A stretch of DNA of 64,000 bases, from contig OZ024742.1 in NCBI GenBank assembly GCA_964016885.1, positions 132,990,001-133,054,000 on the forward strand, written 5' to 3'. The notes below the pieces were generated by a model, which worked only from the letters and a program-made list of their open reading frames with translations, ran no database searches and was not told the origin of the DNA. Shown one piece after another: positions 40,467 to 53,603 of this stretch. Positions within the stretch are counted from its first letter, which is position 1. Each line of letters starts with the position of its first letter. Origin of the DNA: Eledone cirrhosa. Lineage: Eukaryota. Made by a program: the position numbers and the translations under genes.

Positions 40467-40754
40467 ATATATATATATTTTTTTTTTCAACACAATTTTT
40501 TTCAACACTATTTAGTTCTATATGATTTTTTTCTTACCCTGTGTAAAACTTTATACTATTTTTTAACCTTGAATTATATATATGATGTAATTTTGTATAT
40601 CTTTTGATGCCAATATATTATAATATTGTTATTATAATGTTATTATAATTCTTTTTATATTGTTTATACACACTGACAGGGAATTATATATTATATTTTA
40701 TTTTTATTTTTATCTTTATTCTTATTTTTATCTTTATTATTATATTATACTGTA

Positions 40755-40809
<55 letters not shown>

Positions 40810-41184
40810 AATACTTAATAAGTGTTAGTTTGTGTTTGTACTAATGTATATATGTATATATATATATATATATGCATATATTAAGCTTTTTATTATCACC
40901 ATCTATTATATTATATATTATATTATATTCTATATCGTACTGTAATTATCGCATCATATTACCATTTGTGTTTCAAGTTTTTGCATTATATAATATTTAC
41001 AATGTGGGTTCAACATGTTAATCACTTCCTTGCTATTTGGTCTATATCTATGTTTGTAACTGCTCGCTCTTAATCTTAGCCTACTTTTCCTTGATATCCT
41101 TCCTAGGCTTTAATAGATGTATACTCCATATTCTTCTTAGGTTTTGGCTTGTATTGGCCGATAGTGATTCTTGTAGCTTTACTT

Positions 41185-41222
41185 GCCCTGATGAGTCCTT
41201 AATAGAACGAAACATTGTTGGC
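41185..41222 (+). ncRNA. Minimal type I hammerhead ribozyme
   Basis: GCC-CTGATGA-GTCC ttaata GAAC-GAAA-CATTG-TT-GGC in an (AT)n-flanked element (~40880-41375). Confidence 0.75.
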
Positions 41223-41479
41223 TAATAAAGACTTTTAATGTATTGAAGGCTTCTTTGGTTTATTTGTTATAATTCTTCGGCTCTGTTTAATTACATTGAG
41301 CTATATCTTATACTGTCATTTCTATAATATGAAGAGGGTGTTTAACTCCAACAAACTCTAGTATTTTAATTCTTATATATATATATATATATACATATTT
41401 CCCAGTCTACTACCCTAAGTATTGAGTACTCTGGTGCATTATTGACCATCTGGTTCGTTAACACAATTCCTTTGTTATA

Positions 41480-41524
<45 letters not shown>

Positions 41525-41530
<6 letters not shown>

Positions 41531-42419
41531 GACGTAAATAAGAAAGTTATGAAAACTGACTTACTTACTAAAATTTCACTCCAACTAATCAGTTTATGTA
41601 AGGGGATAAATACAGTTATGTAATACCTGGTGGCTTAGCTGAGAATAGACTCCATGATGACGTATGGCTTCTCTACAAGTATTACATAACTATATTTATC
41701 CCCTTACAGAAACTAATTAGTTGGAGTGAAATTTTTGTAAGTAAGTCAATTTTCATAACTTTCTTATTTACGTCTTTCATATAATTGTTCTGCATTCCCC
41801 TGCATAGAACTACAAAGTTACTAAGACAAAACATACATATCTGCTACCGTAGGTATGCATCTGTTTACATATGTCGGTAGATATATTAATTCTTTATATT
41901 CTTCTCCAAATTATTTGTTGAGCAAAATTTGCAAAATTACTAATGTGACTGATAGTAGTAGCTAGGTTCTGTCTTAATAGCACCCCCACTCCAAGCTGTT
42001 TAACCTCAGTGTCACGTGATTAATTCTTTTCAATTTTCCACTTGACCAAGGAGGTAGCAAATTTTTCAGTGCTTAGAATCTAGCCCCGCTCGATTTTTTC
42101 GCTTTTTTTCCATCCACTGAATTATTGTTATATAAGCTTCCAGTGTCCCCGCATTGCCTGGTGGCTTAGCTGAGAATAGACTCCCTGATGACGTAAGGCT
42201 TCTCTACAGGTATTACATAACTGTATTTATCCCCTTACAGAAACTAATTAGTTGGAGTGAAATTTTAGTAAGTAAGTCAATTTTCATAACTTTCTTATTT
42301 ACGTCTTTCATATAATTGTTCTGCATTCCCCTACATAGAACTACAAAGTTACTAAGACAAAACATATATCTGCTAGCATAGGTATGCATCTGTATATATA
42401 TGTCGATAATATATTAATT

Positions 42420-42425
<6 letters not shown>
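41525..42425 (+). mobile_element. Retrozyme-like family D: inverted stub plus two direct repeats, each with an HHR (531 nt monomer)
   Basis: 41525-41627 inverted; 41626-41900 repeated at 42157-42425; (AT)n both sides. Confidence 0.88.
42180..42258 (+). ncRNA. Type I hammerhead with 48 nt stem II and palindromic stem III
   Basis: ACTCC-CTGATGA-cGTAAGG...CCTTACa-GAAA-CTAATTAG-TT-GGAGT; sister copy 41649-41727 has ATGATGA. Confidence 0.82.
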
Positions 42426-42458
<33 letters not shown>

Positions 42459-42463
<5 letters not shown>

Positions 42464-42903
42464 ATACTTGGGGAGGGTCATATTTGTTTAATAATATTGC
42501 CAGAATTAATAACAGAACACACTCACTGTTTGGTTGGTTTTCGCTTCTGTGTCTTTTATATCGGTTAATTTAATTTATTCGGTCCTCAATGTTACCATTG
42601 ACTGACCAACGGTCACAAATACACATCTAATAGAGACACAAACAGATATATATAGTCTAACACTATATATATGTGTTTGTGTCTATATTATATATGTATT
42701 TTTGACCGTTGCTCAGTCAATGGTAACGTTGAGTACCGAATACATTAAATTAACCGATATAAAGGACACAGAAGCGAAGACCAACCAAACAGAGCGTGTG
42801 TTCTGTTATTAATTCTGGCAATATTATTACACAAACATGACCCTACCCAAGGCTAACAATATTTGTTTCGACACACGATTTTATATAAAAAACCTCGCAA
42901 AAC
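42459..42903. mobile_element. PLE family A pseudo-LTR end as a ~440 bp palindrome
   Basis: 42459-42656 inverted at 42663-42862. Confidence 0.85.
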
Positions 42904-42937
42904 TATATATATATATATATATAAATGTATACATAAG

Positions 42938-42968
<31 letters not shown>

Positions 42969-42984
42969 GCAGAGGTTATAATTA

Positions 42985-43155
42985 ATTTGTTGGGATTCAA
43001 CATGCTTAAACAATGTTATAACTGATATAAAGCACTCAACAAGTTAGTGGAGTAAATACACAATATATAAATAAATGGAAACTATATCGGTTGCACTTGA
43101 AATATGTATAATAAAATAAATATGGTTCTATAAATGTAGTTTCCATTTATTAATA
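42985..43155 (-). mobile_element. PLE-like family B terminus fragment
   Basis: AACTGATATAAAGCACTCAACAA...TAAATGGAAACTA matches 19700-19790 inverted. Confidence 0.7.
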
Positions 43156-43235
<80 letters not shown>

Positions 43236-43239
<4 letters not shown>

Positions 43240-44133
43240 AAACTTGGGGAATTAATAACAGAACACACTCACTGTTTGGTTGGTTTTCGCTTTTCGCTTC
43301 TGTGTCTTTTATATCGGTAATCTAATTTATTCGGTCCTCAATGTTACCATTGACTGACCGACAGTCAAAAATAATACAGATACAATATAGACAATAACAC
43401 ATATATATAGTTTATCAAAGTTCTTTCATTGCACATCTGAACACGTCACTGGTGCTATTGTTTCCTCCCGTTACATTGTATGTCTACGCCATTTTTATTT
43501 AGTTTGTCTATATATTTATTTATTTATAAACAAACAACACTGACCTAAGAGAAGTATAAATAAATAAATAAATAGATAAATAAATAAATAAATACATACA
43601 CAAGCACAATAACAACAAACACATATAAACACACACTAGTAAAGATAGAATACATTAACCCATACACAGTCACCCAATCACGAACACACATCAAACAAAA
43701 CACTATACACACACGCAAACGCATGCGCAAAGAAGACATCATATAATAAACAAACAAACAAAAAAATAAATAAATATATAGACAGACTAAATAAAAATGG
43801 CGTAGACATACAATGTAACGGGAGGAAACAATAGCACCACTGACGATGTTGCAGATGTGCAACGAAAGAACTTTGATAAACTATATATATGTGTTTGTGT
43901 CTATATTGTATCTGTATTATTTTTGACCGTCAGTCAGTCAATGGCAACATTGAGGACCGATAAGTTAGATTACCGATATAAAAGACACAGAATCGAAAAG
44001 CGAAAACCAAACAAACAGTGAGTGTGTTCTGTTATTAATTCTGTCAAAATTACACACATATGACCCTCCCCAAGTATAACAATATTTGTTTCGACACACG
44101 ATTTCATATAAAAAACCTCGCAAAACTAATTCA
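43236..44133 (+). mobile_element. PLE family A: inverted truncated pLTR (43236-43525) plus full pLTR (43530-44133) with HHR at 43835-43878
   Basis: Starts at the GIY-YIG stop (AACAACACTGACCTAAGAGAAGTATAA); CTGACGA at 43840, GAAA at 43864; classic Penelope inverted arrangement. Confidence 0.9.
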
Positions 44134-44157
44134 TATATAAACATATACATATATATA

Positions 44158-44231
<74 letters not shown>

Positions 44232-44861
44232 TATATACATGTGTATCTATGCCCCTGTGTGTATATGTGAGTGTGTATTTATACAATCACGTAAATATTC
44301 AAATGGATGAATGCCCGTATTGTTGCATGGATTTGATTCATGTGTCTGCATGTATGTATTTAAAATGAGTTGCATTAGTGATGGATTAGAACTTCTCATT
44401 TTGAGGCAGTTCGAATGATCAGTAGAATTGAAGATAAATTAGATGCCTACAGATATACTGATTAGCTACCAATTTCTTGGCAAGTCCAGCTGCGTGAACA
44501 CGTAACTGATCTCCATTTGCATACATATAAACGATTACATGCGTATTCACATCCATACACACTCTAACATTATCAAGAATGGATTACAGTGTTGCCAAAT
44601 TAGAAATACATAAAACCATATATACATTCTATGTTATATCCAATATCTTTTCTAATATTCAGACTGGTTTACAAGACAACATTTTGTGACACATACACGA
44701 TCGTGTTAAATCATAAGACAACGTATATAGATGACTTCCTCAATTGTAGATGACATTCATGAAGTAAAATTATTCATATTGTCAGAGAAAAGATTAGATT
44801 GTTCTAAGTATTTAAAGGTTTTAATCGAAATAGAGCTTCGGGTGAACAGAGAAAATTTAAC

Positions 44862-45172
44862 TTCAACTAGGCACATAGTTTTACAGTGGCTCATCAAAGA
44901 CTAGCTGATAGACGTATACTACACATATTCAATCGAATAACATGTATTAATGAAAATTGATGAAGAAAAATAACAATGAATATACTTGTTTATTTGGAAA
45001 GTGAGGTTTGCATCCTATTATTTATTAGGTGTATACAAATGTGAAATAAAACGGTCACACAAAATATCCTATTCATTGAATTCGCGTGTACGAAGGTATG
45101 TCCGATCAGTTTAAAAATTTGATTCGGAATAATGAGGCGCCTAACTAAGCCCACATTTAAAGTTTCGAACCA
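44862..45172 (-). repeat. Second copy of the unclassified ~315 bp repeat
   Basis: Reverse complement of 35385-35702. Confidence 0.85.
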
Positions 45173-45323
45173 GGAATATTGGCTGACATTGGTCAGATAA
45201 GCACTGTGTAGATGTCACTGAGATTTAATGCATCTTCATGTCGAGTGTGCATACCTATCGTATTTTGAAATTTATAAAAAAATTACTCATATCTGATTTC
45301 ACAATAATTCAAAAAAGTTATGT

Positions 45324-45364
<41 letters not shown>

Positions 45365-45372
<8 letters not shown>

Positions 45373-45760
45373 TAGAATATTCGAAAATATTCTGTATGTT
45401 TATAATAAACATTTTGAAGACCTAATCGCTATAGAATAGAATACGTCACGTATTACAATTAGATTCTCGATAAAAGCAAGTTCCAGTTCCAGTACACAGC
45501 TAAGTATTCTATAAGTCTCTAGCTGTGTCATTCTCGATAAAAGCACTGGATATGTAGTCCTGATGAATTCTAACAAGAATGAAACGCGTAGATTTACTTC
45601 CCTTGCTTTTATCGAGAATCTAATTGTAATACGTGACGTATTCTATTCTATAGCGATTAGGTCTTCAAAATGTTTATTATAAACATACAGAATATTTTCG
45701 AATATTCTATGTCTATACTCACATATATATCGCTATTTCAGAGCATTTATTCCAATTTCA
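45365..45760 (+). mobile_element. Family C-related fold-back element with minimal HHR
   Basis: 45365-45480 inverted at 45602-45717; shares GGTCTTCAAAATG and CGCTATTTCAGAGC with family C. Confidence 0.85.
45554..45597 (+). ncRNA. Minimal type I hammerhead ribozyme, intact core
   Basis: GTAGTC-CTGATGA-ATTCT aaca AGAAT-GAAA-CGCG-TA-GATTTAC; palindromic stem III ACGCGT typical of PLE minimal HHRs. Confidence 0.88.
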
Positions 45761-45821
45761 TATATATATATATATATACACACACACAAACAAAAAAGCT
45801 CATGACAAAAAAAACACAATA

Positions 45822-45887
<66 letters not shown>

Positions 45888-45896
45888 TATATTTAT

Positions 45897-46085
45897 ATTT
45901 ATATATTGTATCTGTATCATTTTTGACCGTCGGTCAGTCAATGGCAACATTGAGGACCGAATAAATTAGATTACCGATATAAAAGACACAGAAGCGAAAA
46001 GCGAAAACCAACCAAACAGTGAGTGTGTTCTGTTATTAATTCTGGCAATATTACACAAATTTGACCCTCCCCAAGTATAACAATA
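45897..46085 (+). mobile_element. PLE family A pLTR 3' piece
   Basis: Matches 43902-44083. Confidence 0.85.
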
Positions 46086-46164
46086 TATATATATATATAT
46101 ATATACAATGATATATATACATAAGTATATATACATATACATATGTTTATATATATATAGACCT

Positions 46165-46285
46165 TTTAACCTGATAGTGGGGGTTTATAACATTCAGAGA
46201 AATGGAAAAAGATGAGTTTTGACGTACAATACTCATCTTTTTCCATTTGTCTGAGGGACATAAATCCCCACCATCAGGCTAAATT
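46165..46285. repeat. ~55 bp-arm inverted repeat in an (AT)n-flanked insert
   Basis: CCTGATAGTGGGG..AAATGGAAAAAGATGAGT / ACTCATCTTTTTCCATTT..CCCCACCATCAGG. Confidence 0.7.
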
Positions 46286-46364
46286 TTCTTTCGTCAAAAA
46301 GTACGGTGAAAGCTTCTATTTTCTAATTTCAAACTTGCTCGCTGTTTTAAATCATACTTACTTG

Positions 46365-46502
<138 letters not shown>

Positions 46503-47098
46503 ACATTTTATATTCGCCTTCGCTAGAACGTGTCTTGTTGACATGTTTCAAAGTCTCACTCTTTCTGTGTTATCTGACAGCGCTCTCCCCCCTTCTTGTT
46601 TCATCCATGTCGAACGAAATTTTTTTTTCAAATATTTTTTTTTATTTTCATAATACGACCCCCATAAAAGGGTGGCATATTATTTACGCGTAAACCCTGT
46701 ATTAGGTGGCTCACTTCTAAGCTTTTGTCAAGTTGAGAACTTGAATAAAAAGTTAAGAGCGGGTGAAAACGAGGTAAACTGTTGAAAAAGAACTGGAGAC
46801 GATAAGATGCGTGGCTTCACCTTCAATAATAATAATAATATTAACAATAATGCTTTCTTTATTAACCACAAGGGTTTACATAAAGTAGACATTAAGGACA
46901 ATACAGGACAATACAGGACGGTACAAATGGGCATTTCTGCGTGTAAAAAAAACAGAGGATGTAATAAAAAAATAACAATGAAAAATTCCCTAATAGGGGG
47001 GAGACTTCCGAGGGACATTTGTGGAAAAAGCCCATTAAAAGGCCACAGTGATCCTCACCATCAGGGCAAGTGCCCTCTCCCAGTTTTCCACCTTTAAT

Positions 47099-50000
47099 TT
47101 ACAGACACATACTCAGAGTAGGCCGATTCACTCCGGCCATACTTGCTTCTCTCACCCATCTTTCATCAAAATGCTGGGAAGAGAACACTTCCCTCTCTAC
47201 CCTGATTTTCCCTTTCAAATGCAATTTGAAAAAGTTAATCAGCGCATCACCGAAGAGGTAAGTGCTCGTCTTCATCCCTTTCAAACGTGTCCACCATACT
47301 ATCAATTTCGCCATGGCCACCAGACAGATTCAAACTGCATGCCCTTCCCGGCTAAAGGAAGAGGGCGCGGCAATCCTCACGATGGACTCAGATGATAACT
47401 GGATCCGTCCTACACGCGACGGCAGGTGTTCAACATAAACCCACAAGTCAGCAATTTTCGGACACTGGCCGAGTGCGTGCAGTACGGTTTCGTCGCCTGC
47501 GCGCGTCTCGGGCATGCCCGGGTGACGGCACATCCATGCCTGTAGAGTTTATTTCGAACTGGCAAGGCTCCTCGGTAGCACTGCCAGGCCAGAGATTTCT
47601 GGAAGTTCTCCATAGCCCCCGGCCCGAAAGGTCTTCCGAAGAGATTGGCTAGTTGATTTTCTTCGACGCCTAGAGTTTCTCCAAGTACGTCGTGGCTCTT
47701 CCCCTCCACTAACCCTCTATAGAACGCAAAGGTGGAGTTTCCACCGATCACATTGTCCGATTAGTGGAGGGCTGTGAGCGCTAGAAGACATTCCAGTCTC
47801 CAAGCGCTCCCTCTCGGTCTTCGCTTGACCCAGGACTGCAGCTCCGTCAAGGAGACAAGCAGGGGAAAGACGTGTCTAGCAAGGGCGACCACACCTGATG
47901 ACCGTCGAGGAAGAGGTGGAGATGTCGTAGCCTGAGCGTGTGTCTGCGCATCATCATCCACGGCATGCCCAGCCCTCCACGTAGCGGATGTTGACAGCAG
48001 ATGGACCGCCTGACCATCGGAGCGCGTCCCTTCCACTAAAAGCGAAAGAGCAAACGCTACAGCGCAGTCAGGCGGGGCTTAGGACAAGGTACAACGGTCA
48101 GGCGGTAGTAGATGACGGATGCGATGTACGCGTTAGCCACCTCCGCTCGACCTTTCAGGGATAGCTTCCTCTCCGCCCATTTCTGGGTGAGAGAAGCCAC
48201 CCTGCTCGTCACCTCGTCCCAGTTTCTGTTAGTCTGGAATTCAGGACCGAACCAGACCCCTAGCAACTTAACCGGTCCGTCTGTCCAGCTCCCGACGACG
48301 CTGTTGGACGGCATGGACCTGCCTCTCCAGGTGCCGAGGTGCAGGAACACTGACTTTTCCTGGTTGATCATTGCTCCTGTCACCGCTTCGTATTCTCTTA
48401 GTGTAAGGCCGATCATCTCGATGTATCTGGCGTTCAACACCACTACGGTGACATCGTCCGCATATGCTGACACGGATATTCCACATCCTACTTCGCGCGG
48501 GACCCCTCTCAACGTCTCCAGTTTGTGCAGTAATGGCTCGAGAGTCAATACGTACAAGAGGAACGAGAGGGGACATTCTTGGCGACCGAGCGCCATGATG
48601 TTGAACGATTCAGAAAGGTGACCGTTCATTCGACCAGAGAACAGATGTCGCTCTGCATGGCAGCGATCCAGCCTCTGAAGACGGGCCCAAAGCCAGCCGC
48701 CCTCAGGATTGCCGCTAAGTAACGATGGTCGACTCTATTGAGAGCTTTCGACTGATCTAAATTGTTCAAGGACCCACCCGTACCAGGTGCCCTAGCTATC
48801 CTCTCTACGATGTATCGCATGAGGTGCAGGTTGTCGTGGATGGATCTGTCGGGAATGGTGCACGTTTGCGCCTCTCCCACCAGACCACCAACGACATCGC
48901 CAAACACTTTGCTAGCACCTAGGTTCAAAATCTTGACCTGTGTGTTTAGCAGAGTTATGGGTCTGAAATTATCTATGTTATATCCCATTGTTCGGATCCT
49001 TTCTCAGCAGCGCCACGGCTCCTCGGCTCACAGTGCTGGGAATTCTCCCCTTCTGTTGCCAGCTGCAGTAGACATCCGCCAAGAGGCCTCCGAACAAGTC
49101 TGGCATCTGTACGTAAAGTTCATAGGGCAGACCATCCAAACCAGGCGATTTACCCCTTGTGCAGCCAGTCATTGCCTCCCGTACTTCAGCAGCTGTTATC
49201 GGCTTTTCGTAACGCTCCGCCTCAGTGGCCGAGAGTCGCGGCAGTCCGTCGAGGTAGATACTGAAGTCAATCTCGATTCGGCCCGCCGCTGCCCCCGGAC
49301 AGCTGGGCGAAGTGTCGCTGGAAAGCTTCACACATTTGACCGGCTTCGAGTAGCATGCGCCCGTCGTGGTACACCAAAGACCGGATCGTGGATTTGTTGC
49401 CACGTCGCGCCTCCGCCACTCGTGCCGATTGAACGGATTTCGTCCCCTCGTGTCTGAGTGCACGCACCAAGCTCTGACAACGCAGCCTACATGCTTTGCA
49501 TAGAAGAATTGGTCAAGGGCCAATTTCGCCGCAAGTACGTCGGTGGCGATGCCTTTGCCAAGCGTCTCGTCTAATTTTCTAACCAGTTCTCCCTCTGCTC
49601 TATTTTTCTCTATTGCTAAGGCCTTACTAAATCTAATGGACTCTATTCTAACCGCTCTTTTCAGAGCAAACCACCACTTGTTGTTGACGATGGCCCCGTC
49701 AACACTCGCTTAACTAGTTCGCTAATCCGGTCCCCGTAGGCCTTGCGCGCTGGTAAGGACGCGTTCAGCTTCCAGTAGCCGGGTACTCGTCTATGAAGTC
49801 TATCTAAGTCAAGCACACAGATCACGAATTTGTGGTCCGTGTAGCTGACTATCTTGAATTGTGGACAGCCTATGCTAGACCTATCTATTTCGCTACAAAA
49901 TACTCTATCTAGATATGATCTGGATGACCCTATGCGATTTGTCCAAGTCCACATTGGCACATTCGGGAAATCCAATCGGTACCTGTCAGCCGGTGACAAC

Positions 50001-50508
50001 GCCTGATCAGGTTGGTGAGGCTCTTGCGCCCTCCTCCCCTATCCGCTAATCCCACACAGTCGCAGCGTACATCTAAGATCCCGTTGCAGTCGCCCACTAA
50101 CAGTAAAGAGCGGGACGTTCCAAGAAAGGTCTCCAGACGCCGGAAGAAATCAGGCCGCCCTGTTCCTGTCGGGGAATAGACAGCCACTAGCCTGAAAGCT
50201 TGCCCGTCTCCGCTGGTAACGTCTAGCACCACCAACTTATTTTCTGGATCCAGAAGATGGCCGGCATGGCGAGATCCAAACCTCTCCGAAAAAGCACAGC
50301 AACTGCTCCCCCCGATCCCGGACGGCTGGGAGATGCGTACACATCGCGGCTGCCGAAGATCGGTGCGAATGCCCGTGCTTCGGAGATTCTGGTCTCGCTG
50401 ATGGACACTACATCTATGTTTAGTGACCTGACGTCGTTGAGCAGGTGGCCCTACTTCCAGACGACCCAAGACACGCACATTTATGCTGCCTATTCTGAGT
50501 GAGGTCAT
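47099..50508 (-). pseudogene. Tx1-like ORF2 (APE-RT-zf-RVT-like C-term), frameshifted
   Basis: MTSLRIGSINVR; GDCNGIL; KSPGLDGL; FRPITLLN; LDQSKALNRVDH; RQECPLS; AYADDV; ETVLHALGQC. Confidence 0.95.
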
Positions 50509-50542
50509 GTTGAAATGGAGTGGAAAAGATGGCAAAGACCAC

Positions 50543-51900
50543 TTACCTTACTTCTCGTAGAGGAAGGATGGTTTGTCCATCCTTTTCACTGCTTGTGGCC
50601 TCCTCCGGAAGGATGTCCTCATAAATCCTCCTGGAGAGTGCTTGTCGGAAGTCTCCGATGTCTTTGGGGAATTTATGTTTTAGTGTCGTGTACGTTTTCT
50701 GTGTGATGCGAGTGATTTGTATGTGTGGAGGTGGTGTGAACTTTCGGGTTGTTGTGTCGCCTTTTTCTGTGATGCTGGTCTTGTGTTGGACGTGGTGTAA
50801 TAATTGGTTGTTGTTCAAATGTAATGCTGTGTAGTGTGTATCGTTTTGGTTGTTTTGTTTTGTTTGCGTTTGTTGTGGGTTTGTTTCTGTTACGCTTTTT
50901 GGTAACTTTTGTGGTGTTGGTGATAGTGTTGGTGTTTGTGGTGATGGGGTTGGTGATGCTGGTGTGGATGGTGGCATATTTGTTTCCCTCTGTATTTTGT
51001 TTTTGGAGGGGGAATGAAGAGAATTTTTTCTTTTTTGGTTTCTTTTTTTTTTATCCTGATACCGTTTCCCACTCCTCGTCGTCACAACCTGTTTCCAGTT
51101 GCGATAGGCCGGGGAGTTGAAAATCCTCCACAGGCGTTGGTTTTGGTTGTCGCGTGGTGGATGGTGTAGGTGTTGGTGCTAGTTCTGGCCCGTGTGGTGG
51201 TGGTGGTGGTGTTGGTTTTGCTACTGTTGCTGCGGTTGTTGCTGTTACAGTTGATTCTGTTGTTGCTGCTACAGTTGTTGCTGCCATTTCTGCTGCTGGT
51301 GGTGTTGATGGTTGAGTCACTGGGCTGGGTAAGAGAGGTGGCCTCAACATTTTAGCCTGAGGGCAGAAAGCCCTTAGGTGGGTTCCTTCACCACAAACGA
51401 CACACCTAGGCCTTCTGCCCTCGACGATTACGGTGGGGTGTCTGCCGTCAGTGAGGTCTATTACCTCTGGGATCTCCTCAATGCTTTTATGGTCCACTTG
51501 GATCAGGAGCTCCATCCCAGATCCGGACCAGTTCTCCTGCTTTTCTTTCGCTACTTCGATTATCTTGGGGTTGGCCTCGATGCCGGCGAGGACGTCAGCC
51601 ATTAGCCAGGTAATTTCGATGGCCGGTGGGACGTGGGTCACCCTGATCTTCACGAGACTCTGGCCACAATAGCTTGCGACGAGTGTGAAGTCCTCACTTC
51701 TTAATGGGGCCATGGAGTGTTCTCTGGCCTGCTGTGGTGTTTCAAAGAACACGTCCACGGTTCCATATTTCTGCCGACGTCTGATGTGGGGTTTTTTTTG
51801 TAGGTTTTTTTTTAGCAGTTCGTCTCTCAGAGGCCATTGGTTCACTGCCCTTAAACACGCTGTGACTTCTCTCTCCCACGTGTGGCTGGACAGTCAATTG
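50543..51900 (-). pseudogene. Tx1-like ORF1 with CCHC zinc knuckle
   Basis: ORF track 51051-51845 and 50543-51085; YGTVDVFFET, VEGRRPRCVVCGEGTHLRAFC. Confidence 0.85.
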
Positions 51901-51935
51901 TAAAATTCTCTTAGTGTTGTCTGAGATGTATAGCC

Positions 51936-52018
51936 TTACACACGCTGATGAACCGAGACTAACATTTCTTTCAACAATTTCTCTGGCGAAACATATCTCT
52001 GGATTTGTACGTGTGTAA
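51936..52018 (+). ncRNA. Full-size type I hammerhead ribozyme (family K, element ~51905-52180)
   Basis: TTACACACG-CTGATGA-36 nt stem II-GAAA-CATATC tctg GATTTG-TA-CGTGTGTAA; perfect 9 bp stem I; predicted cleavage after 52009. Confidence 0.9.
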
Positions 52019-52178
52019 TATAGTTATAGAGGTATTTATTTACGCTTTAATTTATATTTTTAATTATCGTGTCTATAGTCTGCCTTTCATAGGTTATAGA
52101 TTCCATACACTGGTGGTGTTTTCCCTGTATTATTGATAACGCACTATATATCTCTCTCTGGTGTGTTGCCTTCTCAAC

Positions 52179-52416
<238 letters not shown>

Positions 52417-52431
52417 GAGAGAGAGAGAAAA

Positions 52432-52592
52432 AGTTAGAGAATGCTTTCAAGCATAGAGTTACCTCCTTTATAATCTGAGTTCAAATCCCGCCGAGGTTAA
52501 CTTTGCCTTTCATCCTTACAAGGTCGATAAAATAAAGTACCAGTAATACACTGGGATAATTGCTGGCCGTGTGCCAAAAGTAGAAACAATTA
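52432..52592 (+). mobile_element. S1 SINE, 5'-truncated
   Basis: Match to S1 consensus. Confidence 0.9.
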
Positions 52593-52846
52593 TTTTACTG
52601 GTATTAGTCATTGTACTTTTGCCATAATATGCCACTGCTTCCAAAACGTCTGTTGAAGGTATCAACCCAAGGACGTGTCCTTAAGCCTAGTATTTATTTA
52701 TTTTATCTCTTTCTGAAAATACTAGATATTATCCAGTAAAGAATCAACATTAGATACGTACAGACACATACATACACACATGCGCAGGCACACACTCACA
52801 CAAACACTCACACACACGTATGCACACTCACACACACACATACATA

Positions 52847-52880
<34 letters not shown>

Positions 52881-52888
<8 letters not shown>

Positions 52889-53338
52889 TAAGAGGAATTC
52901 CAACTTTGTCTGATTTACTCGTTTTATTTACAATCCTTTAAAATATATAATGGTATTATAATGAAATAGTATGATAGAATATTAAATTCTAAGTGTTAAT
53001 TGAACAAGTACTTTCATGCTTTCGCAATCTCCAGGTTCATAATATGTGGTGACAGTCGATTTTGCAATTTTCAACTGTAATGAGATGGGTAAATTTCCTA
53101 CCTTTTATACATTTTATACAGAGAAAAGTGGCTCCAGAATGCTAAGCCCTGTAAACTGTATTTCAAATACCACATATTATGAACCTGAAGATTGCGAAAG
53201 CATGAAAGTACTTGTTCAATTAACACTTAGAATTTAATATTCTATCATACTATTTCATTATAATACCATTATATATTTTAAAGGATTGTAAATAAAACGA
53301 GTAAATCAGACAAAGTTGGAATTCCTCTTATTAATATA
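52881..53338. mobile_element. Near-perfect 170 bp-arm palindrome in (AT)n with mirrored minimal HHRs
   Basis: 52881-53050 inverted at 53169-53338. Confidence 0.9.
53180..53218 (+). ncRNA. Minimal type I hammerhead ribozyme
   Basis: TGAAC-CTGAAGA-tTGC GAAA GCAt-GAAA-GTAC-TT-GTTCA; the mirror at 53001-53039 (-) has CTGGAGA. Confidence 0.88.
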
Positions 53339-53603
53339 ATCTTCTATACACAATCATACACACCTGTGTATATTTACCTATCTCTATATATATATATATA
53401 TATATATATTCAGGTTTGAGGTTCACCACTGTATAGAGCTGGTCTATTCCGTATGGTCAATCGTAATGCAATAATATAGAGAGTACTCAACGTAAAGCAG
53501 TTCAACCGTCTTTGTTTTTGTAGTTGGTGGTGCTAATACGGAGTTAAATATTATAATGAAATGACAGGAGGCTGGATTTGTGTAAATCCTTGAAAGGTTT
53601 ATT

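Larger units (their letters stand above)
46826..51900 (-). mobile_element. L1/Tx1-clade LINE copy 3, 5'-truncated but 3'-complete
   Basis: ORF1 51900-50543 (RPRCVVCGEGTHLRAFC); ORF2 50508-47099; 3' UTR with AATAAA and (ATT)n tail. Confidence 0.95.

Noticed and set aside
46515-46620. Minus-strand HHR-like GAAACATGTC-aacaa-GACACGTT with upstream TGGATGA
   Set aside because: Core and stem II too degenerate to call; possible relic only
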